Part shown: one piece after another, positions 34,934 through 45,597 of the stretch
Layout of the letters: every line of letters begins with the position of its first letter
Numbering within the stretch: the first letter of the stretch is position 1
NCBI GenBank assembly: GCA_964353865.1
Contig: CAYGXJ010000118.1
Coordinates: 2,049-66,048, forward strand
Source: an uncultured Anaerolineales bacterium
Lineage (GTDB): Bacteria > Chloroflexota > Anaerolineae > Anaerolineales > RBG-16-64-43
Length of the DNA stretch: 64,000 nt
Reading direction: 5' to 3'
Translations under genes and position numbers: made by a program
Notes under the pieces: generated by a model
Databases searched by the model: none
What the model was told of the DNA's origin: nothing
Seen by the model: only the letters and a program-made list of their open reading frames with translations

Positions 34934-35632
34934 CTAGGCGAAATCCGCCTCGCTGTCCATTTCCAACTGCTCCCCGGTCACCAGGAATATCGTCCGTTCG
35001 CAGATGTTGGTCACCCGGTCGGCCAGCCGCTCCAGGTTATGGGCCACCCACAGCAGGTAAGTGGCGCCGTCGATCGTGCGCGGGTCCGAAATCATGTGCA
35101 TGACCAGCTCGTTGTAGACTTGGTTGTACAACTGGTCGACTTCGTCGTCTGCTTGCGGAACAGCGCGCGCCAAGACCGCGTCGCCCGCCACGAACGCCCC
35201 CAGCGATTGGTGCAGCATGGCCACCGCCTTTTCGGCCATGCGCGGCACGTCGATCAGCGGTTTGATGAGCGGCTTCTCGCCGATGCGCAAGTTGATCTCG
35301 GCGATGCCCTTGGCGTAATCCCCCATGCGCTCGAGTTCGGTCACGACGTCCAGGACGGCCGTCAGGTGGCGCAGATCGTGAGCCACCGGCTGCTGCGTGG
35401 CGATGACCGCCAGGACCGCTTCTTCAATGGCGAACCGGCGGCGGTTGATCTCGCGGTCGTCGCGCACGATGCGCCGCGAGGTCTCGAAATCGCGTTGCTT
35501 GAGGGATTCCACAGCTTCCAGAGTAGCCTGCTCCACTATGCTCCCCAGAGCAAGCAGGTCTTCGTTGAGCCGGGCGATGTCACGATCGAGCCGCAGCCGT
35601 CGCTTCTGGGGACTCCCGATTGCATTTGGCAT
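34934..35632 (-). CDS. phoU: Phosphate signalling protein PhoU (copy 1)
   Basis: QQPVAHDLR, LERMGDYA, LERLADRVTNICER. Confidence 0.96.
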   Translation of the reverse strand: MPNAIGSPQKRRLRLDRDIARLNEDLLALGSIVEQATLEAVESLKQRDFETSRRIVRDDREINRRRFAIEEAVLAVIATQQPVAHDLRHLTAVLDVVTELERMGDYAKGIAEINLRIGEKPLIKPLIDVPRMAEKAVAMLHQSLGAFVAGDAVLARAVPQADDEVDQLYNQVYNELVMHMISDPRTIDGATYLLWVAHNLERLADRVTNICERTIFLVTGEQLEMDSEADFA

Positions 35633-35670
35633 GGATCCGCCTCCCACCGTGCGTTTTCTCGCAGCCATCA

Positions 35671-36447
35671 TTAGCCGAAGCGTCCCGTCACATAGTCTTC
35701 GGTGCGCTTGTCCCTCGGCCGAGTGAAGATCGCCTTGGTATCGTCCACCTCAATAATCGTACCTGCCCGGCTATCGTCCCCGAGCATCATCATCGCTGTC
35801 ACATCCGAGACTCGTGCCGCTTGCTGCATGTTATGGGTCACAATCACGATAGTATAGGTGACGGCTAGCGAGCGCATCAAGTCCTCGATCTTCAGGGTTG
35901 CGATGGGGTCGAGCGCCGAGCATGGCTCGTCCATGAGGATGATTTCCGGCTCGACGGCCAGGGCGCGAGCGATGCACAGGCGTTGCTGCTGTCCCAGGCT
36001 GAGGGCCAGTGCGTCTCCGTCGAGCTTGTCTTCGACCTCTTCCCACAGGGCAGCCTGGCGCAGAGAAGTCTCGACCCGTTTGTCGAGCTCGCCCCGGAAC
36101 CCGTTGACCCTTGCTCCCCAGGCGACGTTGTCGAAGATCGACTTGGGGAACGGATTGGGCTTCTGGAACACCATGCCTATGCGACGGCGGAGGACGACCG
36201 GGTCAACCTCCGGGGCGAGTACGTTCTGGCCGGCGAACATGATCCGCCCTTCCGCCCGCGAACCGGGGATGACGTCGTTCATGCGGTTGAAGGAGCGCAG
36301 CAGGGTGCTCTTGCCGCAGCCGGAGGGGCCGATGATGGCGGTGATGCGCTGCCGTTGGATGGCCAGGTTGACATCGCGCACAGCGCGGAACCGGCCGTAA
36401 TAGAGGCTGAGGTCGTGGGTCGTAAGCGCCGCAGGTGCCGCGTCCAT
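35671..36447 (-). CDS. pstB: Phosphate ABC transporter ATPase (copy 1)
   Basis: [36 protein letters not shown]. The ABC signature reads LSLGQ. Confidence 0.96.
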   Translation of the reverse strand: MDAAPAALTTHDLSLYYGRFRAVRDVNLAIQRQRITAIIGPSGCGKSTLLRSFNRMNDVIPGSRAEGRIMFAGQNVLAPEVDPVVLRRRIGMVFQKPNPFPKSIFDNVAWGARVNGFRGELDKRVETSLRQAALWEEVEDKLDGDALALSLGQQQRLCIARALAVEPEIILMDEPCSALDPIATLKIEDLMRSLAVTYTIVIVTHNMQQAARVSDVTAMMMLGDDSRAGTIIEVDDTKAIFTRPRDKRTEDYVTGRFG

Positions 36448-36518
36448 GGGATCGATTGTACCCAACTGCAGCGCGAGCGGGGTCCCGCCGCGGGAACTTT
36501 CCTCTTATAATCGCCCCG

Positions 36519-37403
36519 ATGCGAACGGTGCACTCTCTCATTCTGATCTCCCTCGTTCTGACCGGCTGCGGGGCGGGGTCTGAGTCGGTCACGCCGGTCG
36601 GGGCCACCGAATACATCGAAAATCGAGGCTCCGACACGCTAGTGAACCTCGCCCTGGCTTGGGCCGAGCAGTATCAGCAGGAGCATCCCGAGGTGCGCCT
36701 CTCGGTCAGCGGCGGGGGCAGCGGAGTTGGCCTCACTTCGCTGATCAACGGCACGGTCGACATCGCCAATGCCTCGCGGCAGATCAAGCCCGAGGAGGCG
36801 CAGCAGGCACAGTCGGGCGGCCTCCAACCGATGGAATTCGTCGTCGCCCGCGATGCCATCGCGATCATCGTCCACCCCGACAACCCGGTTGCCCAGCTGA
36901 CGCTGCAGCAACTCTCCGATGTCTACAGCGGCCAGGTCAATAACTGGAGCGCGGTCGGCGGCGAAGATCGACCGATCGTGCGCCTGTCGCGCGAGACGAA
37001 TTCGGGGACGCATGTGTACTTCCTGGAAACCGTCGTGCGCCTGGGGCAGAAGGACAATCACACCCTGTTCTCAACCGACACGCTGCTCTTGCCATCCTCC
37101 GAAGGTATTGTCAATGAAGTGCGCCAGAATCCCAACGCCATCGGCTATGACGGCCTGGGCTACGTGCCGCAGGACCTGAAGACGATCGCCGTCGCCCGCG
37201 CTCCAGGCGAGGCGTACGTCCTGCCATCGGCGGCGACGGTCAACGACCTCACCTACCCTGTGGCCCGTGACCTGTATATGTACACCGCCGGCCAACCGAC
37301 GGGGGCGGTCAAAGCCTATCTGGATTGGATCCTGAGTCCGGAGGCGCAGTTGGTTGTGGGCCGCCTTGGATTTGTACCCGTTGTGAGAGAGGCCCAATCG
37401 TGA
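36519..37403 (+). CDS. pstS: Phosphate-binding lipoprotein
   Basis: Lipobox LTGC; GSDT, GGGSGVG, RETNSGT, YPVARDLYMY. Confidence 0.93.
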   Translation: MRTVHSLILISLVLTGCGAGSESVTPVGATEYIENRGSDTLVNLALAWAEQYQQEHPEVRLSVSGGGSGVGLTSLINGTVDIANASRQIKPEEAQQAQSGGLQPMEFVVARDAIAIIVHPDNPVAQLTLQQLSDVYSGQVNNWSAVGGEDRPIVRLSRETNSGTHVYFLETVVRLGQKDNHTLFSTDTLLLPSSEGIVNEVRQNPNAIGYDGLGYVPQDLKTIAVARAPGEAYVLPSAATVNDLTYPVARDLYMYTAGQPTGAVKAYLDWILSPEAQLVVGRLGFVPVVREAQS

Positions 37404-38344
37404 AGGACCCGGACGGCAAATCCCAATTTGGGGGTCGAGCCCCCCAACCGGGTCGGCGTTTCAATTGGGGTGAGGCAATCATCACCCGGCTGATCCAGCT
37501 GTCGGGGTACTCGGCGGTCGTCTTTGTCGGGCTGATCTTCCTTTTCCTCGTTCGCCAGGGCATGCCGGCACTGTTCGAGACGCCGCTCGCGGAATTGTTC
37601 GGCACCCGCTGGTATCCGATTGAGGGTTACTTCGGGGTCGTGCCCCTGCTCACCGGCTCTTTGCTCGTCACGGTCGGGGCGATGGCGATCGCCGTTCCAC
37701 TCGGAATCGGGACGGCGATGTTCATTTCCGAAATCGCCCCTCGCTGGGTCCGGGAGATCCTCAAACCGCTGGTCGAGCTGCTCGGCGGGCTGCCGTCGGT
37801 TGTGCTTGGCTTCCTGGGCATCCTCGTCCTCTCTCCGTACCTGCGCCTCTCCTTGGACCTGCCGACGGGGCTGACCGCGCTGGCCGGTTCAATACTCCTG
37901 GGCGGCATCGCCCTACCGACAATCGTCTCGATTGCCGAGGACGCATTGGACGCGGTACCCAGGGCTTATCGCGATGCAGCCCTGGCGGTTGGGGCGACGC
38001 CCTGGCAGACGATGTGGGGCGTGACTCTTCCGGCGGCCCGCTCGGGCGTCCTCACAGCAGTCCTACTGGGGATGGGACGGGCGATCGGCGAGACGATGGC
38101 GGTGATGATGGTCACCGGCAACGCGCCGGTTTTGGCGGTCCGGCTGTCGTCGATCGTCTCGCCAGTGAGGACGATGACCGCCACCATCGCGGCTGAGATG
38201 GGCGAAGTTGCCAGCGGCAGCCCTCACTATCACGTCCTGTTCTTCATCGGCATGTTGTTGTTCATGATCTCTCTGGTCGTGAATGTCATCGCTTCGGCGG
38301 TCGTCTTCCGCCAGCGCAGCCGGTCCGAAAGGATTTTGTCGTGA
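37400..38344 (+). CDS. pstC: Phosphate ABC transporter permease
   Basis: VELLGGLPSVVLG, GRAIGETMAVMMV. Confidence 0.95.
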   Translation: MKDPDGKSQFGGRAPQPGRRFNWGEAIITRLIQLSGYSAVVFVGLIFLFLVRQGMPALFETPLAELFGTRWYPIEGYFGVVPLLTGSLLVTVGAMAIAVPLGIGTAMFISEIAPRWVREILKPLVELLGGLPSVVLGFLGILVLSPYLRLSLDLPTGLTALAGSILLGGIALPTIVSIAEDALDAVPRAYRDAALAVGATPWQTMWGVTLPAARSGVLTAVLLGMGRAIGETMAVMMVTGNAPVLAVRLSSIVSPVRTMTATIAAEMGEVASGSPHYHVLFFIGMLLFMISLVVNVIASAVVFRQRSRSERILS

Positions 38345-39255
38345 GCGAGCCGGCGAGCCGCGCGACGGCGCCCGATTCGAACGGCGGCCGGAGTTTCCGG
38401 GCCAGTTCGGTTCAGCGCCGGCTGGTCCAGCGAGTCGGTTTCGGATCACTGACCCTGACGGCTCTGGCGACCGTCGTGCCAATCATCTTGGTGGTGGGTT
38501 ATATCGTCCAACAAGGGGCACAGACCGTCTCGTGGGAATTCCTCAGCGGCCTGCCAAGTGACGGCATGCGTCAGGGAGGCATCCTGCCGGCAATTATCGG
38601 CACCTTCCTCCTTACATTGGGCACGGCCGTGTTCTCCGTGCCACTGGGTGTCGCCGCGGCAGTGTATCTCGCGGAATACGCGCAGGAGAACATGCTGACG
38701 CGCCTGATTCGCGTGGCGATCATCAACCTGGCCGGCATCCCGTCAGTTGTATACGGCCTCTTCGGGCTCGGGTTGTTTGTCTTGTTCCTGCGCTTCGGGA
38801 CGAGCATCCTTTCGGCATCTCTGACCCTTTCGATCATGACGCTGCCGGTGATCATCAGCGCCGCGGAGGAGGCGCTGCGGGCGGTTCCGCAAGCCTTCCG
38901 CACGGTGAGCGTCTCATTGGGGGGCACGCGCTGGCAGACGATCTGGCGCATCGTCTTGCCCCAGGCAGTGCCCGGCATCCTCACCGGCGTAATCCTTGGG
39001 CTTGAGCGCGCCGCAGGCGAGACCGCCCCGATTCTATTCACCGGCGCGGCCTTCTTCCTTCCCCGGTTGCCGAACTCGCCGCTGGACGCGACCATGGCCC
39101 TGCCGTACCACCTTTTCGTGATTTCTACGCAAGTGCCGGGGATGCCGCTGCAAATCCAATACGGCACGGCGCTGGTGTTGATTGTCTTCGTGCTGAGTAT
39201 GAATCTGGCGGCGACCGTCATCCGCTCGCGGGCCCGCGCCCGCCGGCAGTGGTAG
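38341..39255 (+). CDS. pstA: Phosphate ABC transporter permease
   Basis: NLAGIPSVVYGLFG, RAAGETAP. Confidence 0.95.
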   Translation: MSEPASRATAPDSNGGRSFRASSVQRRLVQRVGFGSLTLTALATVVPIILVVGYIVQQGAQTVSWEFLSGLPSDGMRQGGILPAIIGTFLLTLGTAVFSVPLGVAAAVYLAEYAQENMLTRLIRVAIINLAGIPSVVYGLFGLGLFVLFLRFGTSILSASLTLSIMTLPVIISAAEEALRAVPQAFRTVSVSLGGTRWQTIWRIVLPQAVPGILTGVILGLERAAGETAPILFTGAAFFLPRLPNSPLDATMALPYHLFVISTQVPGMPLQIQYGTALVLIVFVLSMNLAATVIRSRARARRQW

Positions 39256-39260
39256 CCCGC

Positions 39261-40016
39261 ATGAACAAGATCGTCGTCGACAATCTGACGCTACAGTACA
39301 CCGATGGAACCGAGTCGCTGCGCGGCGTGTCGATGACGATTCCTGCCAATGCCATCACCGTCCTCTTCGGGCCGGCCGGCGGCGGCAAATCCTCCCTGCT
39401 GCGCTGCATCAACCGGTTGAACGACCTGGCCGATGTCAAAACGGTCTCGGGGCGCCTGCTGCTCGACGGCGTGAACATTCTCGATCCGGCAACCGATGTT
39501 GTCGCGCTGCGGCGCAAGGTCGGGATGGTATTCGCCCGGCCGGTGGTGCTGCCATTCACCATCCGCGGGAACGTCACCTACGGCCTGGAGTTGATGGGCA
39601 TCCACGAGGCGCGGCGTTTGGACGAGGCTGTGGAACAGAGCTTGCGACTGGCTGCGTTGTGGGACGAGGTGCATGAACGCCTGGATGATCCGGCCATAGC
39701 GCTGTCGGGCGGCCAACAACAGCGTCTGTGCCTGGCACGCTCGCTCGCCCTGCAACCGGAAGTCATCCTGCTGGATGAGCCGACTTCAGGCCTCGACCCG
39801 ATCTCAACCGGGAAGGTTGAGATTGCGCTGCAGGAGTTGAAGAAGGACTACACCATCGTCCTGGTGCCTCACTCGGTTCAGCAGGCCGGCCGAACGGCCG
39901 ACTTCGCCGCCTTCTTGCTGCAGGGCGAGCTGGTCGAGTTCGGGGCGGGCAAAGATCTCTTCACCCATCCGAGCGACCAACGCACGGAGGACTACGTCAC
40001 AGGCCGATTCGGATAG
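39261..40016 (+). CDS. pstB: Divergent phosphate ABC transporter ATPase
   Basis: [33 protein letters not shown]; the Q-loop position is Ala. Confidence 0.9.
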   Translation: MNKIVVDNLTLQYTDGTESLRGVSMTIPANAITVLFGPAGGGKSSLLRCINRLNDLADVKTVSGRLLLDGVNILDPATDVVALRRKVGMVFARPVVLPFTIRGNVTYGLELMGIHEARRLDEAVEQSLRLAALWDEVHERLDDPAIALSGGQQQRLCLARSLALQPEVILLDEPTSGLDPISTGKVEIALQELKKDYTIVLVPHSVQQAGRTADFAAFLLQGELVEFGAGKDLFTHPSDQRTEDYVTGRFG

Positions 40017-40152
40017 CTCGGCCACCCGGCCCCGGCTGGTCTCGCGCAAGGTTCCAATCCCCGACCAACCCTGAGTGTGACGTGCTCCCGCCGGGCTACG
40101 ATTCCTGAGCATTCCGGGCAAACCGCGCCCCCGATCGCAGCCCTCGCCCGGG

Positions 40153-40851
40153 CTAGCCCAATTCGTCCTCAGAATCCATTTCAAGCTGTTCCCCGCTCAC
40201 CAGGAATATCGTTCTCTCGCAGATGTTTGTCACCCGGTCGGCCAACCGCTCGAGGTTGTGGGCAACCCACAGCAGGTAGGTGGCGCCGTCAATCGTGCGC
40301 GGGTCCGAAATCATGTGCATCACCAGCTCGTTGTAGACCTGGTTGTAAAGCTGATCGACCTCGTCGTCTGCCTGCGGGACAGCGCGCGCCTCGACCGCAT
40401 CCCCAGCGACGAAGGCGCCCACCGCTCGGTGGAGCATGGTTGCTGCCCTCTCGGCCATGCGCGGCACATCGATCAGCGGTTTGATGAGCGGCTTTTCCCC
40501 TATGCGCAGGTTGATCTCGGCGATGCCCTTGGCATAGTCGCCCATGCGCTCCAGCTCGGTCACCACGTCGAGCATGGCGGCCAAGCGGCGCAGGTCGTGG
40601 GCCACCGGCTGCTGGGTGGCAATGACCGCGAGCACCGCTTCCTCGATGGCAAAGCGGCGGCGGTTGATTTCCCGATCGTCGCGCACGATGCGCCGTGAAG
40701 CTTCGAAGTCTCGCAGCTTGAGCGATGCGACGGATTGCAGGGTGGCTTGCTCGACCAGGCTGCCCAGGCTGAGCACCTCATCATTGAGCCGGGCAATGTC
40801 GCGCTCGAGCCGCACCCGGTGCTTTTCCGGAGTTCTCTCGCTATTCGCCAT
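40153..40851 (-). CDS. phoU: Phosphate signalling protein PhoU (copy 2)
   Basis: Same motifs as copy 1, with long identical peptide stretches. Confidence 0.96.
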   Translation of the reverse strand: MANSERTPEKHRVRLERDIARLNDEVLSLGSLVEQATLQSVASLKLRDFEASRRIVRDDREINRRRFAIEEAVLAVIATQQPVAHDLRRLAAMLDVVTELERMGDYAKGIAEINLRIGEKPLIKPLIDVPRMAERAATMLHRAVGAFVAGDAVEARAVPQADDEVDQLYNQVYNELVMHMISDPRTIDGATYLLWVAHNLERLADRVTNICERTIFLVSGEQLEMDSEDELG

Positions 40852-40888
40852 GGGTCTGCCTCCCCCGCGCATTCCTTGCCGGCCGCCG

Positions 40889-41674
40889 TTAGCCGAATCG
40901 GCCGGACACGTAGTCCTCGGTGCGTTTGTCCTTCGGCCGAGTGAACATCGTCTTGGTGTCGCCCATCTCGATTATCGTGCCCGCCTTGCGATCGTCGCCC
41001 AGCATCATCATGGCAGTCACATCCGAGACGCGCGCCGCCTGCTGCATGTTGTGGGTCACAATCACGATCGTGTAGGTGACGGCCAACGCGCGCATCAAGT
41101 CTTCGATCTTAAGCGTGGCGATCGGGTCGAGCGCGGAGCAGGGCTCGTCCATGAGGATCACTTCCGGCTCGACGGCCAACGCACGGGCAATGCACAACCG
41201 CTGCTGCTGACCGCCCGATAGGGTGAGCGCGTTGGCGCGAAGCTTGTCGCGCACCTCCTCCCATAACGCAGCCTGGCGCAGGCTGTGTTCGACGACATCC
41301 TCGAGCCGACCGCGGTAGCCGTTGATCCGCGGGCCGTAGGCCACATTGTCGTAGATCGACTTGGGGAACGGATTGGGCTTCTGGAAGACCATCCCAATTC
41401 GCCGGCGGACATCGGCCGGGTCGATGTGCGCCTCGTACAAGTCGTCCCCATGGAAACGGACTTGGCCCGTGGTGCGCGCTTCCGGGATGAGGTCGTTCAT
41501 GCGATTCAGGCAGCGAATGAACGTGCTCTTGCCACAGCCCGAAGGGCCAATAATCGCGCTAACCCTGCGCGCTGGGATGTCCATACGAATGTCCTTGAGG
41601 GCGCAGGCCTCGCCATACCATACCGCGAGATCGCGCACCTCGATTTCTACTGGATGGTCTGAGGTATCGTTCAC
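40889..41674 (-). CDS. pstB: Phosphate ABC transporter ATPase
   Basis: [25 protein letters not shown]; GTG start after GGAGG. Confidence 0.96.
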   Translation of the reverse strand: MNDTSDHPVEIEVRDLAVWYGEACALKDIRMDIPARRVSAIIGPSGCGKSTFIRCLNRMNDLIPEARTTGQVRFHGDDLYEAHIDPADVRRRIGMVFQKPNPFPKSIYDNVAYGPRINGYRGRLEDVVEHSLRQAALWEEVRDKLRANALTLSGGQQQRLCIARALAVEPEVILMDEPCSALDPIATLKIEDLMRALAVTYTIVIVTHNMQQAARVSDVTAMMMLGDDRKAGTIIEMGDTKTMFTRPKDKRTEDYVSGRFG

Positions 41675-41675
41675 G

Positions 41676-42560
41676 CTACCACCTCCGCTGCAGGCGCGCG
41701 CGCAAGAGAACGGCGCCCAGGTTGAAGAGGAAAAGCACCCCCAACAGCACCAGAATGCCGGCCGCCGCCAATTCATGGAATTCCTGCTGGGGCAGCGATA
41801 TCCAATTGAAGATCTGAATCGGCAAGACGGTGAACAGGTCCATCGGGCCGTTCAGGTCGAAGGCAATGTAGGTCAGCGCACCGATCGTGATCAGGGGCGC
41901 GGTCTCGCCAATGGCCCGGGAAACGGCCAGGATGGTGCCGGTGAGGATACCCGGCAGGGAATACGGGATCACGTGGTCGCGAATCACTTCCCACTGGCTG
42001 GCGCCCAATGCATAGGCCGCCAACCGCATCGAGCGGGGCACCGCGCGGATTGCCTCGCGCGAGGCCACAATGACCATCGGCAGGATGAGCAGCGTCATTG
42101 TCAGCGCGCCGGCCAGCACGCTGCGGCCTAGACCCAGCCCGCGTACGAAAAGGCCAAGCCCGAGCAGGCCATAGATGATCGAAGGTACGCCGGCCAGGTT
42201 GGCGACGTTGACCTCGATCAGACGTGCCAGCCGGCCCCCTCCGCCATACTCCTCCAGGTAGACTGCCGCGCCCACGCCCAGGGGAAAGGCAATCAGCGCG
42301 GTGAGCGCGATCATGAAGAGTGAACCCTCCAGCGCCGACCGAAAGCCCGATTTCTCGACGAAACGCGATGGGAACTGGGTGAAGAGTTCGAGGCGCAGCC
42401 AGGGCAAGCCGTCGGCCACGACATCGACCAGCAGCACGGCCAGCACGATGAGGCCGAGAGACACCGCCCCGAGGCTGAGAACCATGAAGACACGGCCGAG
42501 GAGCACCCGGCCGGCACGCCGGCGGGCCAAAGTCGCGTCGAAGCTGCCGCCCGACCTCAT
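41676..42560 (-). CDS. pstA: Phosphate ABC transporter permease
   Basis: [24 protein letters not shown]. Confidence 0.95.
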   Translation of the reverse strand: MRSGGSFDATLARRRAGRVLLGRVFMVLSLGAVSLGLIVLAVLLVDVVADGLPWLRLELFTQFPSRFVEKSGFRSALEGSLFMIALTALIAFPLGVGAAVYLEEYGGGGRLARLIEVNVANLAGVPSIIYGLLGLGLFVRGLGLGRSVLAGALTMTLLILPMVIVASREAIRAVPRSMRLAAYALGASQWEVIRDHVIPYSLPGILTGTILAVSRAIGETAPLITIGALTYIAFDLNGPMDLFTVLPIQIFNWISLPQQEFHELAAAGILVLLGVLFLFNLGAVLLRARLQRRW

Positions 42561-43507
42561 TCGTAAACCTCCCGCACGCGCCGGGTGACGAACTGGCTGA
42601 GCAGATTCAGGCCAAAGGTCATGAGGAATAGAAGCATCCCCACGGCGAATATCGTGTGGTAGCCGATCGATTGCTGAGGCGTATCGCCCAGGCTCACCTG
42701 AACGATGTATGCGGTCATCGTCTCGATGGAGACCAAGGGGTTCCAGGTGAGTTTGGGTTGTTGGCCTGCCGCGATGGCGACGATCATCGTCTCCCCGATG
42801 GCGCGTGAGATGGCCAGGATGAAGGCCGCCGCGATGCCCGAGAAGGCGGCCGGGACAACAATGCGCAGCGCCACTTCCAGGCGAGTTGAACCCAGCGCGT
42901 AGGCGCCCTGACGCAGCGCATCCGGCACCGATGCCATTGCATCTTCCGAGAGCGAGGCGACCATGGGCAGGATCATGAAACCCATGACAAGGCTGGCGCT
43001 GGCGGCATTGAAGACCTGGGTCTGAGGGAGGATTTGGCGCAAGAGGGGTGTCACAAAGGTGAGCGCGAAATATCCGTACACAACGGTCGGGATGCCGGCC
43101 AAGAGCTCGAGCACCGGCTTGAGCACCCGCCGCACCCGAGGTGTGGCGTACTCGCTCAAATAGACGGCGGCCAGTAGCCCCAGCGGCAGCGCAACCAACA
43201 TGGCTCCAACCGAGGTGAGCAGTGTCCCGCTGACCAAGGGCAGGACGCCGAAGTGCTTGCTGGCGAAGAGCGGGGTCCAGCGGGTCCCGGTGAGAAACTC
43301 GATGACCGACACTTCGCGCAGGAAGAGCACGGTCTCTTGCAGAAGCGTCAGGATGATGCCGACAGTGGTCAGAACGGAAATGACGGCGCAGGCCTGGAAG
43401 ATGGTGCGGGCAAACAGGCCGCGGCGCGAACTACGCCCCCGTCGCCTCGTCCGGGAGGCCGGCGGCGGAGCGTGACCTATACGGGAGGTGGCAGAGCCTG
43501 CACTCAT
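42557..43507 (-). CDS. pstC: Phosphate ABC transporter permease
   Basis: [23 protein letters not shown]. Start is approximate. Confidence 0.95.
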   Translation of the reverse strand: MSAGSATSRIGHAPPPASRTRRRGRSSRRGLFARTIFQACAVISVLTTVGIILTLLQETVLFLREVSVIEFLTGTRWTPLFASKHFGVLPLVSGTLLTSVGAMLVALPLGLLAAVYLSEYATPRVRRVLKPVLELLAGIPTVVYGYFALTFVTPLLRQILPQTQVFNAASASLVMGFMILPMVASLSEDAMASVPDALRQGAYALGSTRLEVALRIVVPAAFSGIAAAFILAISRAIGETMIVAIAAGQQPKLTWNPLVSIETMTAYIVQVSLGDTPQQSIGYHTIFAVGMLLFLMTFGLNLLSQFVTRRVREVYE

Positions 43508-43538
43508 GATAGTCGCGTCCTCGGGTCGGGAGTGCATC

Positions 43539-43567
43539 GCGCCCCCGGCCGGCAGGGCCGGGGGCGC
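43539..43567. repeat. GC-rich stem-loop between pstS and pstC
   Basis: Perfect 12-bp inverted repeat GCGCCCCCGGCC / GGCCGGGGGCGC. This is a common position for hairpins that stabilise the binding-protein mRNA. Confidence 0.6.
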
Positions 43568-43592
43568 ATGCGCACAGCGTAACGCACGAGTG

Positions 43593-44687
43593 CTACTCTT
43601 CCTTGGCCAACAGGTCGGCCAGCTTGACCCCCACAGTGGAACCCAGGCCTTCAAAGACCGACCCGGTCACACGGTCGCCGTAGCGCTTCTGGGCCAGGCC
43701 GTACAGTTCGGCGCCGAGCGAGATGTATCCCACCTCCCCGACCAATTGCGACGCGCTTTTGAGGTAGAACTCCACGAAGGCGCTGATCTCGTCCTTCTCG
43801 TCGATGCGCGCCTTGTTCACGTAGATAAAGAGCGGGCGCGAGAGCGGCTGGTAGGTACCATTCGCCACGGTTTGAGTCGTGGGGGCGACGCATCCGCTGC
43901 CGCCGTCCACGCTCACCAGCTTGAGCTTGTCCTTGTTGGCTTCGTAGTAGGCCAGGCCGAAGAAGCCGAGTGCATTGGCGTCGCCGGCGATACCCTGAAC
44001 GAGCACGTTGTCGTCCTCGCTCGGCTGAAAGTCACCCCGACTCGCTCCCTCGACCCCGACCACGGCCTGAGTGAAGTAGTCGTAGGTGCCCGAGTCGACA
44101 CCGGGACCGTAAAGGGTGAATGGCTGCGCGGGGAACCCGGCGCGTATCTGATTCCAATTCAGCACCACGTCTTCCGCTTCCGGCGACCACATGGTCTTCA
44201 TTTCGGCCACCGTCAGGCACGAGACGAAGTCGTTCTGTGGGTTGACGAGCACCGCCAGGCCGTCGTAAGCCACTGGCAGTTCGACGTACTCCACGTTGTT
44301 CTCCTTGCACAAATCCACTTCCGATTCCTTGATCGGACGCGAGGCATCCGAGATGTCCGTCTCCCCGGCGCAGAACGCCTTGAACCCGCCGCCTGTCCCC
44401 GAGATACCCACTGGAACGCGGACGTTGGGATACACGTCTCGGAATGACTCCGCGACGGCGGCCGTGATCGGGGCGACCGTGCTCGAGCCGTCGATCAGAA
44501 TGGTGCCTTCCACATCGACAGCCGGCATGGGCGCCGGTGTCGCGGTGACTACCACCGTTTGCGGTTCTCCCGCAGCAGTCGTCGCGCTCGCGACGGCTCC
44601 CGTCCCAGCAGCACCGCCCGCACATCCCGCCAGAAGGCTCGCAGCCATGACCATCCCGAAAGTAGCACCCCGTGCACGCTCATTCAT
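43593..44687 (-). CDS. pstS: Phosphate-binding lipoprotein (second PstS subtype)
   Basis: Lipobox LAGC; [38 protein letters not shown]. Confidence 0.94.
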   Translation of the reverse strand: MNERARGATFGMVMAASLLAGCAGGAAGTGAVASATTAAGEPQTVVVTATPAPMPAVDVEGTILIDGSSTVAPITAAVAESFRDVYPNVRVPVGISGTGGGFKAFCAGETDISDASRPIKESEVDLCKENNVEYVELPVAYDGLAVLVNPQNDFVSCLTVAEMKTMWSPEAEDVVLNWNQIRAGFPAQPFTLYGPGVDSGTYDYFTQAVVGVEGASRGDFQPSEDDNVLVQGIAGDANALGFFGLAYYEANKDKLKLVSVDGGSGCVAPTTQTVANGTYQPLSRPLFIYVNKARIDEKDEISAFVEFYLKSASQLVGEVGYISLGAELYGLAQKRYGDRVTGSVFEGLGSTVGVKLADLLAKEE

Positions 44688-44738
44688 ACTCTCTCTCCTC
44701 ACTGACTATTTGATGTTAGCGGTTGCCTTGCTGTCATC

Positions 44739-44794
44739 AGTGTAGTCAGTGAAGGTTAAGGTATGGGTGCGCGGGATGTTAACGGATGGTTATG
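44739..44794 (-). promoter_or_regulatory. Pho-box-like direct repeats plus -10 upstream of pstS
   Basis: Minus strand CATAAC-N5-GTTAAC...CTTAAC-N10-TACACT. Confidence 0.55.
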
Positions 44795-45079
44795 CTTTCG
44801 CCTGAGGCTGATGCGGCGATTTCGTTCTCCGGACCCGGACAATGGCGTCCGGCGCCCACCTTGATGCCGCGTCCGAGCGCCGACGGCCAGGCTCAGCTCA
44901 TCCTCCAAGCTGCGTATTCGGCGGGAGTACCGGGAGACAAGGGCTCTTGGTCTGGCAGCCTCCTGGCGGAGGCGTTGTACCGAGTGCGATGCAAGCAGCC
45001 TGACGAGGCGCCGGGATTGGACAGCAGTATCTGAGTTGGGTTGGCACTCACGCCGGAGCTTGCAGGAGCGGTTGGAGGA

Positions 45080-45487
45080 CTATCCCATGTCCAGGCGGCG
45101 CACGCGTTCCGCCAGGGCGAGCACTCTGTCCTCGATCGTGCTCCGCACCGCGCGGAACGCATCCAGCGGTTTGCCCTTGGGATCGGGGATGTCCCAGTCT
45201 TCGTGGTGATCGGCCGGAATGAAGGGGCACTCATCGCCGCAGCCCATCGTGATCACGTATTCGTAACGACCGGCGGGGATCGCAGATAGCGACTTGGAGT
45301 GATGCGGCGCGAGGTCGTATCCGACTTCGAGCATTACCTGTGCCGCGGAAGGATCCACCCCGCCCGAAGGGCGCGAGCCGGCGCTTGTCGGGTCGAGCAC
45401 ATCCCCGGCGCGCAGGCGTGCCAGCCCCTCGGCCATCTGGCTGCGACATGAGTTCTCAATGCAGACGAATAGCACCTTGGCTTTCAT
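45080..45487 (-). CDS. arsC: Arsenate reductase, LMW-PTP (thioredoxin-coupled) family
   Basis: LFVCIENSCRSQMAEG, TMGCGDECP, WDIPDP. Confidence 0.85.
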   Translation of the reverse strand: MKAKVLFVCIENSCRSQMAEGLARLRAGDVLDPTSAGSRPSGGVDPSAAQVMLEVGYDLAPHHSKSLSAIPAGRYEYVITMGCGDECPFIPADHHEDWDIPDPKGKPLDAFRAVRSTIEDRVLALAERVRRLDMG

Positions 45488-45597
45488 CGCCCGCCTCATC
45501 CGACATTGCTGCACGAGTCCATTCCGCGGGTCCATCCCTCGCGGCCGGCAGCGTGGGATCGGAGCTGCGCTCGCCGGCCCACGAATCGTCACCGGAC

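Noticed and set aside
44800-45075. Unexplained gap between arsC and the pstS promoter; one minus frame reads SRRIRSLEDELS, faintly like a LysR helix-turn-helix
   Set aside because: No start codon or other motif support; too short to call.
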